A stretch of DNA of 64,000 nucleotides from Octopus bimaculoides (Eukaryota), in contig NC_068986.1 in NCBI RefSeq assembly GCF_001194135.2, positions 26,087,684 through 26,151,683 on the forward strand, written 5' to 3'. Positions within the stretch are counted from its first letter, which is position 1, and every line of letters begins with the position of its first letter. The position numbers were made by a program, and so were the translations under genes. Shown in pieces: positions 39,450 to 52,445 of the stretch. The notes below the pieces were generated by a model. The model saw only the letters and a program-made list of their open reading frames with translations. It searched no databases and was not told where the DNA came from.

Positions 39450-41677
39450 TATATATATATCTGCACATACATGTTCATGCATATAGGCATATATGCATGT
39501 ACATAAGAAGTGTCTCTCAATTTCCATCTACCCACATCTTCTCACAGGGTTGCAGTGGAGGACATTTGTTGGGGCACAGGGGGAGCCAAGTATCTCCTCT
39601 GTAGTAAGATGGCTATCTCTAACCCTCTCGCCTGGCACACAGCCACTTCTCTCAGTTCTGCTTCCTCTCTCAACTAAGAGGATTTCGTCTTGCAAGCCAC
39701 TTGGCAACTGTAGGTGCTATGTAAAAAGCATCCATGTAAAAAGGGGCCATGTAGCATCTGTGCTGGTGCCACACAAAAGCATCTAGTACACTCTGTAAAG
39801 AGTATTAGGAACGGCATCTTCTATGATTCTAGGCTAATTCAAAACCTTGTGAGTTGATTTTAGTAAAAGAAAGCTGAAAAAGAGGTCTGTTTATATATAC
39901 ATGCATGTGTTTGTGCATTGTGTTCTTGAGCTCCAGTCCACTCAGCTGTAAATAGGTAATTCTGCAATGGACTAGCCTTTCAATCAGGGAGAATGTCGAC
40001 TTGCTCACTTAGCCAGCAGAGTGGCATCATTCAAAAGCTAAAATGATGCAAAGTGCATTGTGACCAGTGATGATTAACAATATCCGATAGTCTGGTCAAT
40101 CACGTGATCACATGATATGTTTGTATGTACGTATATGCACGTGTGTATATGTTTGTTTACATCTGCTGCTTGCTTATTTGGAAGTCATGTCAACTGAGTG
40201 GCATTCTGTTGGCACTTCCCCAATCATTAGATTGTCCATTTGCTTCATGCTTTTGAACTCAAGTGGAGTAAGAGATCTCTGACTTGAAAAACAGGTGAGG
40301 GGTTAGTGTCAAGAAGGGCATCTAGCTGTAAAACAATGCCTCAATAGCATATTTAACCAACCTGTATTAGCATGGGAAATACACATAAAATGAAGGAATG
40401 TATAAACAATTAAGTACTTATAGTAGAGATTAAGCATTAATAACAATATAGATTATTACAATAAATTCTCTAACCCTTATATTAGTATCAGAAAGAGTGC
40501 TTCACAGTATTCGTTCCAAGCTTATATTTTCTACGATCAAATCCCACCAAAGTCAACTTTGCCTTACATCTTTCTTGGGTAAATAAAATCAAGTACCAAT
40601 CAATTACTGGGGTTGATGTTATATGTGTGTATGTGTGTGAGAGGGGTTGTGTGGCTAAGAAGTTCACTTCCCAACCTCATAGTCTTTTTAGGTTCAGTCC
40701 CACTGCGCAGAGCCTTGGGCAGGTGTCCTCCATTTGGCCTCTGGCTGACCAGGGCATTGTGAGTGGATTTAAAGGATGGAAGCTAGCCTTGTACCAACAT
40801 CAGACAATGCTGTTGTTTAACCTGAGGACATTCCTAACTGAGTAGATCTATGATCAACTGTATTTCAGCCATCTCCATCCCAACCCATTAAGAAGTGGGG
40901 AAATTATGTATGATTATATTATTCAATGTGTTCTTTCTTTCTTTGTGAGCCAGTGAAACGTGATCAGAGAGAAATTTGGTTGCTATTTCTAACAGGTTAA
41001 GTGACCACAAACACCATATGTTGAAAATGAAACAATTAAAACACAGATGAATCATTTTACATACTTCAAGGAAAGAGGAACGCTGTTATAGTTCTCTTTC
41101 CTTTTATTTCTTAATAGTGCAGTCTATTATGAAGTGTCACAGAAATTTTATTACACTTCTGAAACTTGATTATCAGACAATTTCATTGCATCTCTGTAAA
41201 ATGCAGTGAAATCATGTTAGTGACCAGGTCGCTGAAGTGTGTTAAAACTTTTCAACACTTCATAATAGCATGTACTATTAAGAAATAAAGGAAAAGTGAA
41301 TATAAGATTTTTTGTATGCTCTTATGCAGCTAAAATAACTCATCCACAATGTAATTGCTTCATTAAAAGTTATCTGTACAATCAAGTAGTATGTTTGAAA
41401 TTCCATAATTTGTACTGTAATATTGAATAAAAATAGTACTATGACTAAACAATGTAAACATTACATTTTCATGTATTTTTTCATAATTTCAATGCATTCT
41501 ATGCAGTCTATATGAAATGGTGCATATATATTAATTATCATAACAACATAAATAGAAAATTATGCAAATGGAAAACTATGTTAACGTGTGTACATTCAAA
41601 CAGGCATGTATGTGCATATGCACATCATCATCCTCATCATGTAAACAAAAGCAGGTAGAGAAAATAAATTTATTTAC

Positions 41678-41767
41678 CTCTTTTTGTGTTTCATAAACAA
41701 CTCCAAGGGGCTCATATTGAACATGATTAAAGTCATTTGGCCCTAAACTACCGCCAATAGCAAACAT
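41678..41767 (-). CDS. Candidate alternative first coding exon inside the 38.7-kb X11 intron: MFAIGGSLGPNDFNHVQYEPLGVVYETQKE
   Basis: ATG at 41767 with an in-frame upstream TGA at 41824-41822. Thirty codons of non-repetitive, protein-like composition end at a phase-0 donor GAG|GTAAAT (41677), compatible with all downstream X11 acceptors. It lies in a SINE-poor stretch. No transcript evidence. Confidence 0.5.
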
Positions 41768-44700
41768 ATTTAGAATTTTGTAAATTAAATTGGACTCTAA
41801 AGAAATTAACAGAATATTACTTCAATATGTTGTGTCCCCTCTTGACAAACTAAAACCAAGAAGTAAATGAAATAGCAGAGTATAATTCCAACTTGATGTA
41901 TAAAATTATATCCAGAAATGAGACCACAAATTATGATTAAAGAACTTAAAAACAGAAAAACACCTTTAAAATTTATAATAAATAAATTAATGTAGCATGA
42001 AAAAGCTAATTAGAAACAAATAAAATTTATCAATGGCATGGATAATTTTCCAAATAATCTTTTTATTGTAAACCTTTAATATGAAATGTTAGAAATAATT
42101 CAAGCAAAACCTATGCAAAACCAAGCTTAATGCAAAAGAAAAAAAAATCATGGAAATATCATCATAACGGCAGGTTATAAATGAGAATATCAAGAATAAG
42201 ATAGGTTTTTAGGGAATAAAAAAGTAATTCGTAAGTTTCTTCTTCTTTTCATTTTTCTCAGCAGTGGTGGTGGGGATGTTAAAAAATAGAAAGAGAATTA
42301 AACTAATTACAGAAACTATTCTAGCTTTTGAAAACTTAATTACCTTATCTTTATAATCAATTCTATCCAATATATCTAGTCTTAAATACAAACATGAGTA
42401 TAATGAACTACTAAACTCCATGAAATACTTTTTATGTGCTAAACTTTGTAGAAGTAGCCACCACCACAAGATACTTTGAAATATTTTCTAACATTAACGT
42501 TATATACATATATAGATTCATTGAATGTGAAGTTTTCAAATAAAATTACAATATACAACTTTACAAAAATGTGAGAATGTTGATCTGAATGAGAAACTAT
42601 AATATAATTATATATCTCTAAATAGACAGAAAAGACAGTAGAAATATTTAAAATTATACTGTTTACAAGTATTTAAGTATTACAACACACAAAACTATCA
42701 TCCATATGAAGAGACTATGCAAACTATTCCTGCACAACCAGAGATTCAAATGACTAACCTAACATTAAACAAAACTACAGCCTAGATTGGAATGTAATTT
42801 ACTGATGTCTGATATAAAAGGGAAATTATCAAAACCTACAAAAACAGATTATTTAAGCTGACATATAACTAATATAAATACTCATGCAAGAAATATAAAA
42901 GTGAACATTTAACATCATCAACATCTAGCAAAGTGATATAATGACAAGATATATTCCAGTTGTGTATGCCGGTTAAGTGTTCTCCATCCAGGTAAGAACT
43001 AACAAATTCTCAGATATTTCTATTGAATATTTCCAAGTAAGGTGAAATTTTGAGTATACTTCAAATAACTTCGGTGTTACTGTTTCTGTTACACTCCACA
43101 GATTGGCAGTCACAAATATTTGCTTCCTATCAAAGTATCCTTGCGATATGACAGGTAAGAAGAAAGTTATTAGATAAGGTAAGAAACTATCCAATGTGCA
43201 CAATAAAGTGTTGGCTAATTTGTTTTTCACATTTTAACGTAAAGAGCACACTGTTGATATAAACAATGTTTATATCTCTCGGCAGTGAGAGAAAGACTTT
43301 CGGATGCATTAAACTAAATGTTATCAATGAATTTCAGAAAACTAAAAAAAAAAGAAATTCAGTCATGTTAAAAATAATTTTTCTCCGGTGAAAAAAGTAT
43401 TAAGAATGATGCGCAAAGCAACATAAAGTTAATAATATTTTATGTTTACTGGATGAGGATTTATGCAGACAATAGTAGTGATGGTGATAGCAGCAGAAAG
43501 CAACAACAGTTAAAATAGTTGGTGCGATGAGTAGAATAACTGAATGCTTAGTGGCAGCACTACAATTCAGCAGCAACATGATAGGGTGATAGGCGTTAAC
43601 TTCCAAAATCAGCAGGAATACTTTGCTTTCAGGAAAGGAAGAAAAAAAAAAAAAGACACTGTCAATGAGAAGTATAAGTGCAATAGTGACAGAATTTCAA
43701 CCACTGATGAAGGTAATAGTAAGTGTAACATCAACAGCAGTAGTAACAGTGTAGAGCAAGAATATTAAAAATTATAGGTAGGAAGGTACATATGAATTAA
43801 GTAGTAGGCAAGGCTAGGCACTCCACCACCATCACCAAAAAATATATAGCAAGATCAAGAGGAGTGACTTGCTATCAAAGTAGAGATAGATCAATCAAAT
43901 AGAAGTATTGAGCAGTAGGCAGGCCTTTGTGCTCAAAGCAATAACAGCTTATTGATTTCTTCATTCTATCACATTTCTTTGAATTGCTAAAGAACCAATA
44001 TCCTTTACTCATTACAAAATAATTCTGTGCTTGTAAAGAAGTTATTTGGACACTGAAAAACAATACGAGGCAAAAATTTTCATTTAGATTTTTAATTTGT
44101 TTTAAAATTCTCATTAAATACTAGTGAAATCATTTCTTTTTTTCCAAATTAGGTTTCGTTTTAATGTTGCAGCTAATTGCAACAATACTGTCACTGCATT
44201 AGAAACCGTTTCTAAAAGGCAGCAAATCTACTAATGTATAAGAAGACAGCCAATGAAAGTAATTAGATAAACAATTACAATGTTCTCTGAATAATTGAAA
44301 TTTGAATATTATTCTAATAATATTACAGTTCATGCAAAATGTTTCAATGAGATTGATTAATTTATTCAGGAGATAAATTTACCAATTAATTCAATAAGAT
44401 AAGGAAAATAACTTTTTAAATTAAAATAATGCAGTCCAACTAATAAAACAGAACTTTTTTTTGGACAACTATTTTACAGCTTTGAAATTATTATCAAGAT
44501 TATGTATGCTTTTAGTATTTTCATTATATTTCTTAAACTTGTTATGTTTAAACAAGGTTTGTTTGATCAAAATACATGTCAATATCACCAACATAAGTTA
44601 AATTATTTCAAATTCAGAATACACATTTGTGGATATAAAACTACACCTAAACACCTTTTACACACACACACCCACACACACTACTGATAATGAGTAAAAG

Positions 44701-46036
44701 GAAATGAATTTATAAGACTTATTGGAAAATGCAATCTATTAGCTGAATGGCTGGATGAATAAAGAATGAAATATGAAAATAAGGAGGTAAAAGAAACTAC
44801 ACAGAATATCTCAATCATATATAGAATATATAAAGGTCCAACCCATGCTAGTATGGAAAACGAATGTTAAATGATGATGATAGAGACTGCCATTGTGAAT
44901 GAATCTACAATGGTATTTGAAAGTGAGATTTGTACTAAGTTTTTAGGGAAAATTGAGTTGACTATATTCCAAGTATTAAAAAAATCAACCTTGAGCCTCA
45001 TCATAGGAAATCAATACTACAAATAACATAAGTTTATATTTAACTCTCTGATTCTACACCATAAGGGTTTGCCAGAATGTTTTTTCAATACTACCAAACT
45101 TAATGGTATTGATGGTTATCACAGCAATGCCCCATTCACTCCATTTCTTTGCTCTAAAATGCCACATAACCAACATTAAATAGCTAAATCAAGAAAATAA
45201 GGCAAATAAAAAAAAGTGATGATGGTTTTTGTATTAACTTCTAAAACTTTGGACATGGTGGAAGGGAAGAGTAACTGGAGTGAGAATTAGGAAGTCACTT
45301 GAGAGCATAGGCAATTAAAAGAGATTTTAGATATTTATACTGAGAACATAGGCAAGTAAAAGTGATTTTAGATATTTATATTGAGGATACACAAGAGAAT
45401 AAAAAAACCTGATATAGTAAACAAGCTTGCATACAAAAGTAATCAATGGGATAACATCAAGCTAAGGAATTTGAAAGAGAACAAGGTAAGATTTAGAGAA
45501 GATAAATCTAACAGTAGCTTTTAGTGGTGTTGCAAACTAATCAATTGAAAAAAGTACCAATTTAGATAGCTGAGAGGGGGAAACAAAACTCACTAAGTCA
45601 ATAAATCTCTATCAAAAATAATTTGCTATTTTGCAGGAGCCCAAATATCTAAAAGTGATATCTATTTAAAAAGATAAACCCTTAACATTTGTATCACTAT
45701 ATTGACAACTCATCTAGACTATAAGAAATATAGAACCAAAAGCATGAAATATTGAGGTAAAATACCAACTGATGTACCAACGTAAATATTTTTGATCTTC
45801 TTTATGCTTGTTAAAAAAGATTCCCCACTCCACTGCTTTTGATATATTTTACTTACAATAAATATTGTAAGATAATTGATAACTGATGATCTAATCTAAC
45901 TGTTAGTACCTAAAGAACTATAATTTCACACTCAGAAATCAAGGAATTAACTTTTTCGGTATTATCCTTTCTGATATTGCCTGTGTTCAAATCTAAATTC
46001 AGATTTTTGAAAATCTCATTATGTGAAAAATAATTA

Positions 46037-47300
46037 CCATATTTGCTTGCGCATAATATGCACATGCAAATAACACACTAATCATGTGAGAGAAATTTGA
46101 GAAAAAATAGATTATATTTCAAATTCAAGGAAATAATTTGTTCCTTTACAAAAATTTGAATTTTTTTAGGTTTTATGAATAAACAACATACATGTCAAAA
46201 ATATTGTGGTTTCAGTGTCTTGGATAAGAAGAATAAAAAAAATATATAAATTCACTTATATAGAAAAAAATGAGAAAAAAAAAAAAAAAAAAAAAAAAGA
46301 ACATTCTAGCAAAATAATTGCCTTTGATATGCTTAAAATTATGAATAAGCAGAATGAGATGTTAAATTTTTATTCAGTGTTTGGTATCTTTGAAGCTTTG
46401 AATTTCGTCGTTATTGCAGCCTCTGGGAAACTTTCAAATTCTTCACTGCTACCATCTTTGAAACTTTCAAAATTCTTCCTCCCAACTACTCTCACCTTCT
46501 TCGTAACTCATTTAATCTTCTGTGCCATCTAAAGCACTAATAATAGCACTTCTTGAAAAAATTTGACAACAATCTTTTCTTTCACTGCATCTTATGAATG
46601 TCTTAACCTGCCAGCATACTTCTGCAATTCAAAGTTTCCTCATGCATCCATTAGAGATAAATCATTCATGCATTTATTCCATTCCTCATGCATAAAGACT
46701 TTGAAGAAACATCTTGATACTGTAACCGTAAAATAACTTCTCTAGATATGACTGCCATTGTTGTTTTGTAATTCTCTAGCTTCATCTTCAGTAATTCTGT
46801 AACATACATTAAATACTAGTAGGAATGGCTTTGTGATGATAAAACTTCTTATCTTGTCAGGCATTCACTTGCCAATTCTTGTTCTTGTTTTGCATACATA
46901 GTACATGTTTCTTCATGTATTTTTTTCTATAACACCATGCACTGTTCCTTTAAAATCATTTGCAGGTCTTTGCTAAGCAATGCCAGATTTTCTATGAATA
47001 AACATTCACATCCTCAGGTCTTTTCCAATGTAGGCCATTCAGCAATATCGCCTCAAAAATTGCATTTTATGCATGGTAATTTTTCTTTGTTTTTTCCACC
47101 CATGTATTGTGTATTCTGTTGGTGGCTCCCCACAACACCTAACCATAGATCTATTGCCACTTTCTTTCCTTATTCTATCATCTTAACTTGTAATTGGTTG
47201 CATACACAATCATTTTTGTTTAAATTTCAATAGGAGCATTGCACAGTAGAAATATGAAATAGCCATTTATACTTTGGAAATGAGCATAATAAAAGTGAGG
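46037..47300 (-). mobile_element. Decayed, internally deleted pogo-family (Tc1/mariner superfamily) DNA transposon
   Basis: Minus-strand fragments with stops and frameshifts translate to ESGNRSMVRCCGEPPTEYTIHGWKKQ (Brinker-type DBD), AEWPTLEK (CENP-B HTH), KVFMHEEWNKCM and AVKEKIVVK-FKKC-SALDGTED (DDE_1 C-terminus). A TIR-like TA|CCATATTTGCTTGCGCATAATATGCAC lies at 46037. The 5' end is approximate. Confidence 0.75.
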
Positions 47301-49366
47301 CAGGAGAGCTTCATATTCAACTTTGTACTGCTATTTACCAAAGAGTAAAACTTGCTTGTGGATATACCACATCAGATACCTCAAGGTCAACCATCACTCA
47401 ATCTTTGTTCTGAGGCAAAGCAAGTACTTTGCTCTTTTTTGTAAGGATCAAATAAATGAAATTCTTCATACCATCATCATCATCATGTTGGTATATATTA
47501 ATTTAATGCATAAATATACATAGATATACCTTTTTGTCAGTATATCTTAATTTACAATCAAAATAGGAAGAGAATAGGTTTTATTCTTCTTTTTAGGGAA
47601 GTCATTTTACACAGAACTGTAACTTTGCATATAACAGGCAAAGAGAATTTCTTTTAAAGGCATTTTTTTTAAAAGAAAAGTGAGTGCAATAAACTGGTAA
47701 ATACAATTGATTTCAATAAAAGTTGAAAGTTACTTATTTTACTGAATATCTTATTCTTGATGATTTTCAAAATTATAACACAAAAGGCTATATATTATGA
47801 GAAAAATGGTCAGGAAAAATGTAATGTATAAAATATACTATCTTGAGGATTTAAAATTCTCAAAATAATAGAATTTAAGTTAAACCCAATATTTTTTAAC
47901 TGATACTGTGAGACTTTAGTAAATTGACTGTTGTTATCTCTTCCAGGGACAGAAAAAAGGAGGATTAACCTGACCTGATTTTCAGTAAAATTTATCTTCA
48001 GAAGTCATGTATCTGTCTTTTCTAATCACAGGGTTAATAGCTATTTATAGCCCCTAAATGAATTAGCTCCAATAAATCAGTTGTTTGATTTGCATAATTA
48101 ATGCTTTGCTAACCACTAATTTAATTAATTGCTATAGCACTAAACAGAATGTATGGATAATTATTAACATGGATTAATAAGGCAACATCCACTTTTCTAT
48201 CTGTAGAAAAGATAATGCAAATCAATTTGTTTACATTTGTAAAAGACTCATGGCTTTAACCATAAAATATTATGTTTACCTTCATACACATTAATAATAA
48301 TCCATATATGCTATCTAGTACAGTAACAGTTAACAACCAGCAAAACATTAATTATGCAAATCAGAACAACTGGTTCACTGAAGTTGTGACACTTGGTGAC
48401 TATATAAAAGTATAAACTATATAGTTTTCTGTGGATAGAAAAAATGGATATGTGAACTGTGAATATGGATCCAAAAAAACCAGATCGGGTTTTCTGTGAA
48501 ATATATAACAACATTCATTTGCTTACATTTGTCAAAGTCCTACAATATTGTCGTAAACAAAAAAAAAAAAATGACTTAAGGTTTTCCTTAATACATATTT
48601 GTCATTATTAATGGATGTTGTTTAGTACAAAAACAATAATAAGAAATGTTGCAGAAAAAAATACTGTCACTGATTAAAGATAAAAAGCTTTACCTCAGAT
48701 TCCTTCTAATGTGAAAACTAATCTTCATCAGCAATGAGAAGTAGCACAATCTTAACAGAAACATTCATACTAAAGTCATACTAAAGACAGTGAAAAAACA
48801 AAAAGGGTTTTGATTTCTTGACATTACCACTTGGCCTTCTGTACTGAATGAATCATAAAAGGAACAATACTTGTGGAGTAATTTACTACCAGTGATAAGT
48901 AGTAGTATTTGATTTGTTACACAACAATTTTTCTGAATAGCTGTTTTGCTGACTTTGCACTTATGATCAGTGAGTCAAAACTGTCAGATTTCAACAGGTG
49001 AATGTTCACTTTGAAAACTTGAAAGGAATACCAAGAAGACAAAGATGACTCACATAAGAAGAAAAGATTGGAAATTCTTTAAGTTAGATGAGTTTAGAAA
49101 TATTTTACAATTAATAATAGTCTATACAAATCTGTTAAATTACATTCATGATTTCTAATAGGCTATTAATAAGTAGTTTCAATAAAAATAAGTCAGTTTC
49201 ATTCCATTTCTGAAAGATTTTCAATCATACACACGATGTGTTTCTGTTACACTAAGCCATCATTTTGGACTTACACCACTGATTCTGATGTTAAATTTAT
49301 TTGGCCTAATGAGAAAATCAATATAGTAGGACTAAAAGAAAAAAATGTTCTGAAAATCAAAGACAA

Positions 49367-49446
<80 letters not shown>

Positions 49447-50032
49447 GAGAGAAGGTGGGGAGGTGTGTGTGTCTGTGCGCATGTGTGTTCATGTGATGTC
49501 ATAATTTTATAGCAACATATTGATCTGGTGTCTGGTCTCTGAGCAGAAAACACACATAAAAGGATGATAGCCATTTAGAATAAGCATTTTCAAAGAGAGA
49601 TGAAATATAGAGTGAACTGCAAAATAGAGATCACAAGATTCATATATCTAGCTACATTTTATGAAAGTTCAGGATCACACATGAAAAGAAACTTTTCACA
49701 AAATACGGCAAAATCATGAAGACTTTTACAACACAATCCCTTTTTAACCCCAATTTAAGTTGTCACCATCTACAATTAGTTATATTTGTAAGGCTATAAA
49801 TATGTAAAAAAAAAAAATTTTTTTAATTGTGATATTTACCTTCTATTTCTCTAAGTTAGCTTTAAAAAATGGTTTGTAGTTCAATCTTTAAGCTTGCCAG
49901 TTACCTTCAAGTTTTGCATGTATTAATAGTTGGAGCAATTATTTTCCATATACACAGGAATATCAGATCTATTTCCATCTTGTATACATTCCAATTATTA
50001 CAAAATATTTTTTGTTTGTTTTGAATAAGATG

Positions 50033-50095
<63 letters not shown>

Positions 50096-50521
50096 AGAAT
50101 AGAAATTAACTTTTATACAACAGCTGCAACTGAATACTTGGATCAATTCACAGAAACAGAGAAATAATGTGATATAAACATTTCATTTACCAATCATGAA
50201 AAATTATATTCTTCAAAATTTAACTATGACAATTGGACTATTCCACCAGTAGGCAGTAAAGTGATGTCAGGTTAACGCACAGACCACTTCTAAAAACAGC
50301 AAGTAGTACTGAACTCCCAAAATGAGTACAAACAAAGAAGGCTACTAAATCAAAGTTATACTCCAAGATACACTAACCTTCTAGCCAACAAAAAAAGAGG
50401 TAACCCTGGAAATTACCATAAGGATTACAGGAACAATATAGAGACAAAGTGTACTTGAGAGTGAAAAGACCATATGAAATCTAATAACTCTGCAGAGTTA
50501 TTGTTTTCATATCTACTTTTC

Positions 50522-50900
50522 CAGGTTTGCATAGGTCAGATGGAATTTGTTCAGGCAGGTTTTCTATGATTGGATGTCTTTCCTATTGTTAACCAATCAT
50601 CTGTTTCCAAGTAAGGTAATATTTACCCATGACCAGACATTTTTTGTGAAAAATTGAAAACAAAGGATAGTGCTTGTATGATGGTGGCTCATTTACATCT
50701 ATTGCATGTCAAAAGAAAGATATATAAACACACACACATATGACAGACTTCTTTCAGTTTCTGACTAGCAATTTCATTCACAAGGTTTTGGTCATCCTGA
50801 GACTATAGTAGAAGACACGTGTCCAAAGTATCACATAGTGGGCTGAACCTGAAGCCATGTGCTTGGTAAGTGAACTTTTGAACAACATAACTATGCCTAT
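50522..50900 (-). mobile_element. Composite SINE, reverse copy of the 32630 type
   Basis: Contains ctgtttccaagtaaggtaatatt, cttctttcagtttc and gaagacacgtgtccaaag. Boundaries approximate. Confidence 0.7.
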
Positions 50901-51399
50901 TCTTTTTGAGTAGAATAACTACGAGATTAAAATCTGTTAGTATACATTAAAAAAAAATGTTTCCAGACTACATATTGTCCATAAATTTGTTTCTTCTTTA
51001 ACTAATACATAATAAAATTGTGTGTGTGAATGTTGTAGAATGTAACAAAAAATACATTATATTATGTATTTTATATCATTATATAATGCAAAAGGTGGAC
51101 TTTATTTCATATTGTAATGCCGTGACTACATGGGGTCTTAATAGCATGCTTTACTTCACCACTGAATTGACTGAATTAATTTTTACCAACCAATGAATGA
51201 TTAGTGATCATATACGTTATGTGCAGTTTGTGCATACACTGCACACTTGATTGTATATGCATATTATGTACTTGTGTATTATTTTGATTTCAACCTTCTT
51301 CCCATCTTTTGTCATAAATTACCCCTTGTCAGCCTGCCTACTTTGGTTAATTTTATCTGTATGATACTGCTCACTCCTTATCATCCACCATTCCCTTTT

Positions 51400-52200
51400 T
51401 TGTGCTGATCTCCTTTTTGTTAGCTTATCCCCCACCCACATTTTATTGACCTCTTCATCCACAACTCATTCATGCCCCCACCGCCCAGTATCCCACTTTG
51501 TTTACATGTGTCTCTGTGTTATGTATATGTTATTTTGTTCATCACTTCCTCTGCACTGCTTTCTCACTATTTCCTACTTCACCAGACCTGGTCCCACCAC
51601 ATTCCATCCATTTCACCAGACCTGGGTTTTGCTATAAACTTTGATCACTACTCACACTTTATTTCTGGCCACATTATACAATGGCCACACTACTTACATT
51701 ATATTTCCCTCCCTCCCCCTCTCTCCTTATATCTACCCCTCCATGTCACTCCTTTACTTCTGTAAATTTTCCAGCTGCAGTTTCGTGACTGGTGATAAGG
51801 CTGCTTTATTCTCACTCTTTCTCTCTCTGAAGAAGAAAAAGAACCAACAGTATGAAGCGGATTTCCTTACCTTCCTTATCACAAATCAACCACCTGAAAT
51901 TCTTTTTTTCCTTCAAACTTTTATAAACATAGAGCTATCTCCCTCAATACAACACCCCCACTCAGCTGAGCATGCTTGTCCTGCAAGTTACTTGGTGACC
52001 TCACTAGCGCCAGTGCCACGAAAAAAGCACAGTACACTTTGTAAACTAGACAGCATCAGAAAGTGCATCCAACCATAGAAACAATGCCAAAGTAGATATT
52101 GGAACTCGGTGCAGTCTTCTAGCTTGTCAGCTCCTGTCAAACTATCCAATACATACCACCACAGAAAACAGACATTAAACAATGACAATGATGATGATGG
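51400..52200 (+). mobile_element. Retroposon remnant, same family as 29350-29900
   Basis: cctgcaagttacttggtgacctcactagcgccagtgccacgaaaaaagca, then gcatccaaccatagaaacaatgcc and an atgatgatg tail. Confidence 0.6.
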
Positions 52201-52404
52201 GTAAACTTTTGAAATTATTTGACATTACTTTGTAAAAATCGTAATAGCTAAAGTAATTATCCATTAATGAGAGAAAGCATTTATTGTAGAGATAGCTCTT
52301 GTTATTGTTACTGTCAGAGTTCATGATGATAATTTTTTTCTTTTTACAAGGAAAATATATCATTTCTATGAAGGAGAGAGAAAGGAATAGTCAAATGATA
52401 TGAC

Positions 52405-52445
<41 letters not shown>

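Noticed and set aside
42973-43230. 85-aa minus-strand ORF in the SINE-free island
   Set aside because: Ends in a stop with no usable donor and no recognisable homology; at most a uORF or chance.
43700-43730. Other CTGATGA motifs (about 34752, 37562 and 43703) as hammerheads
   Set aside because: No stem II followed by GAAA, and no flanking stem I pairing.
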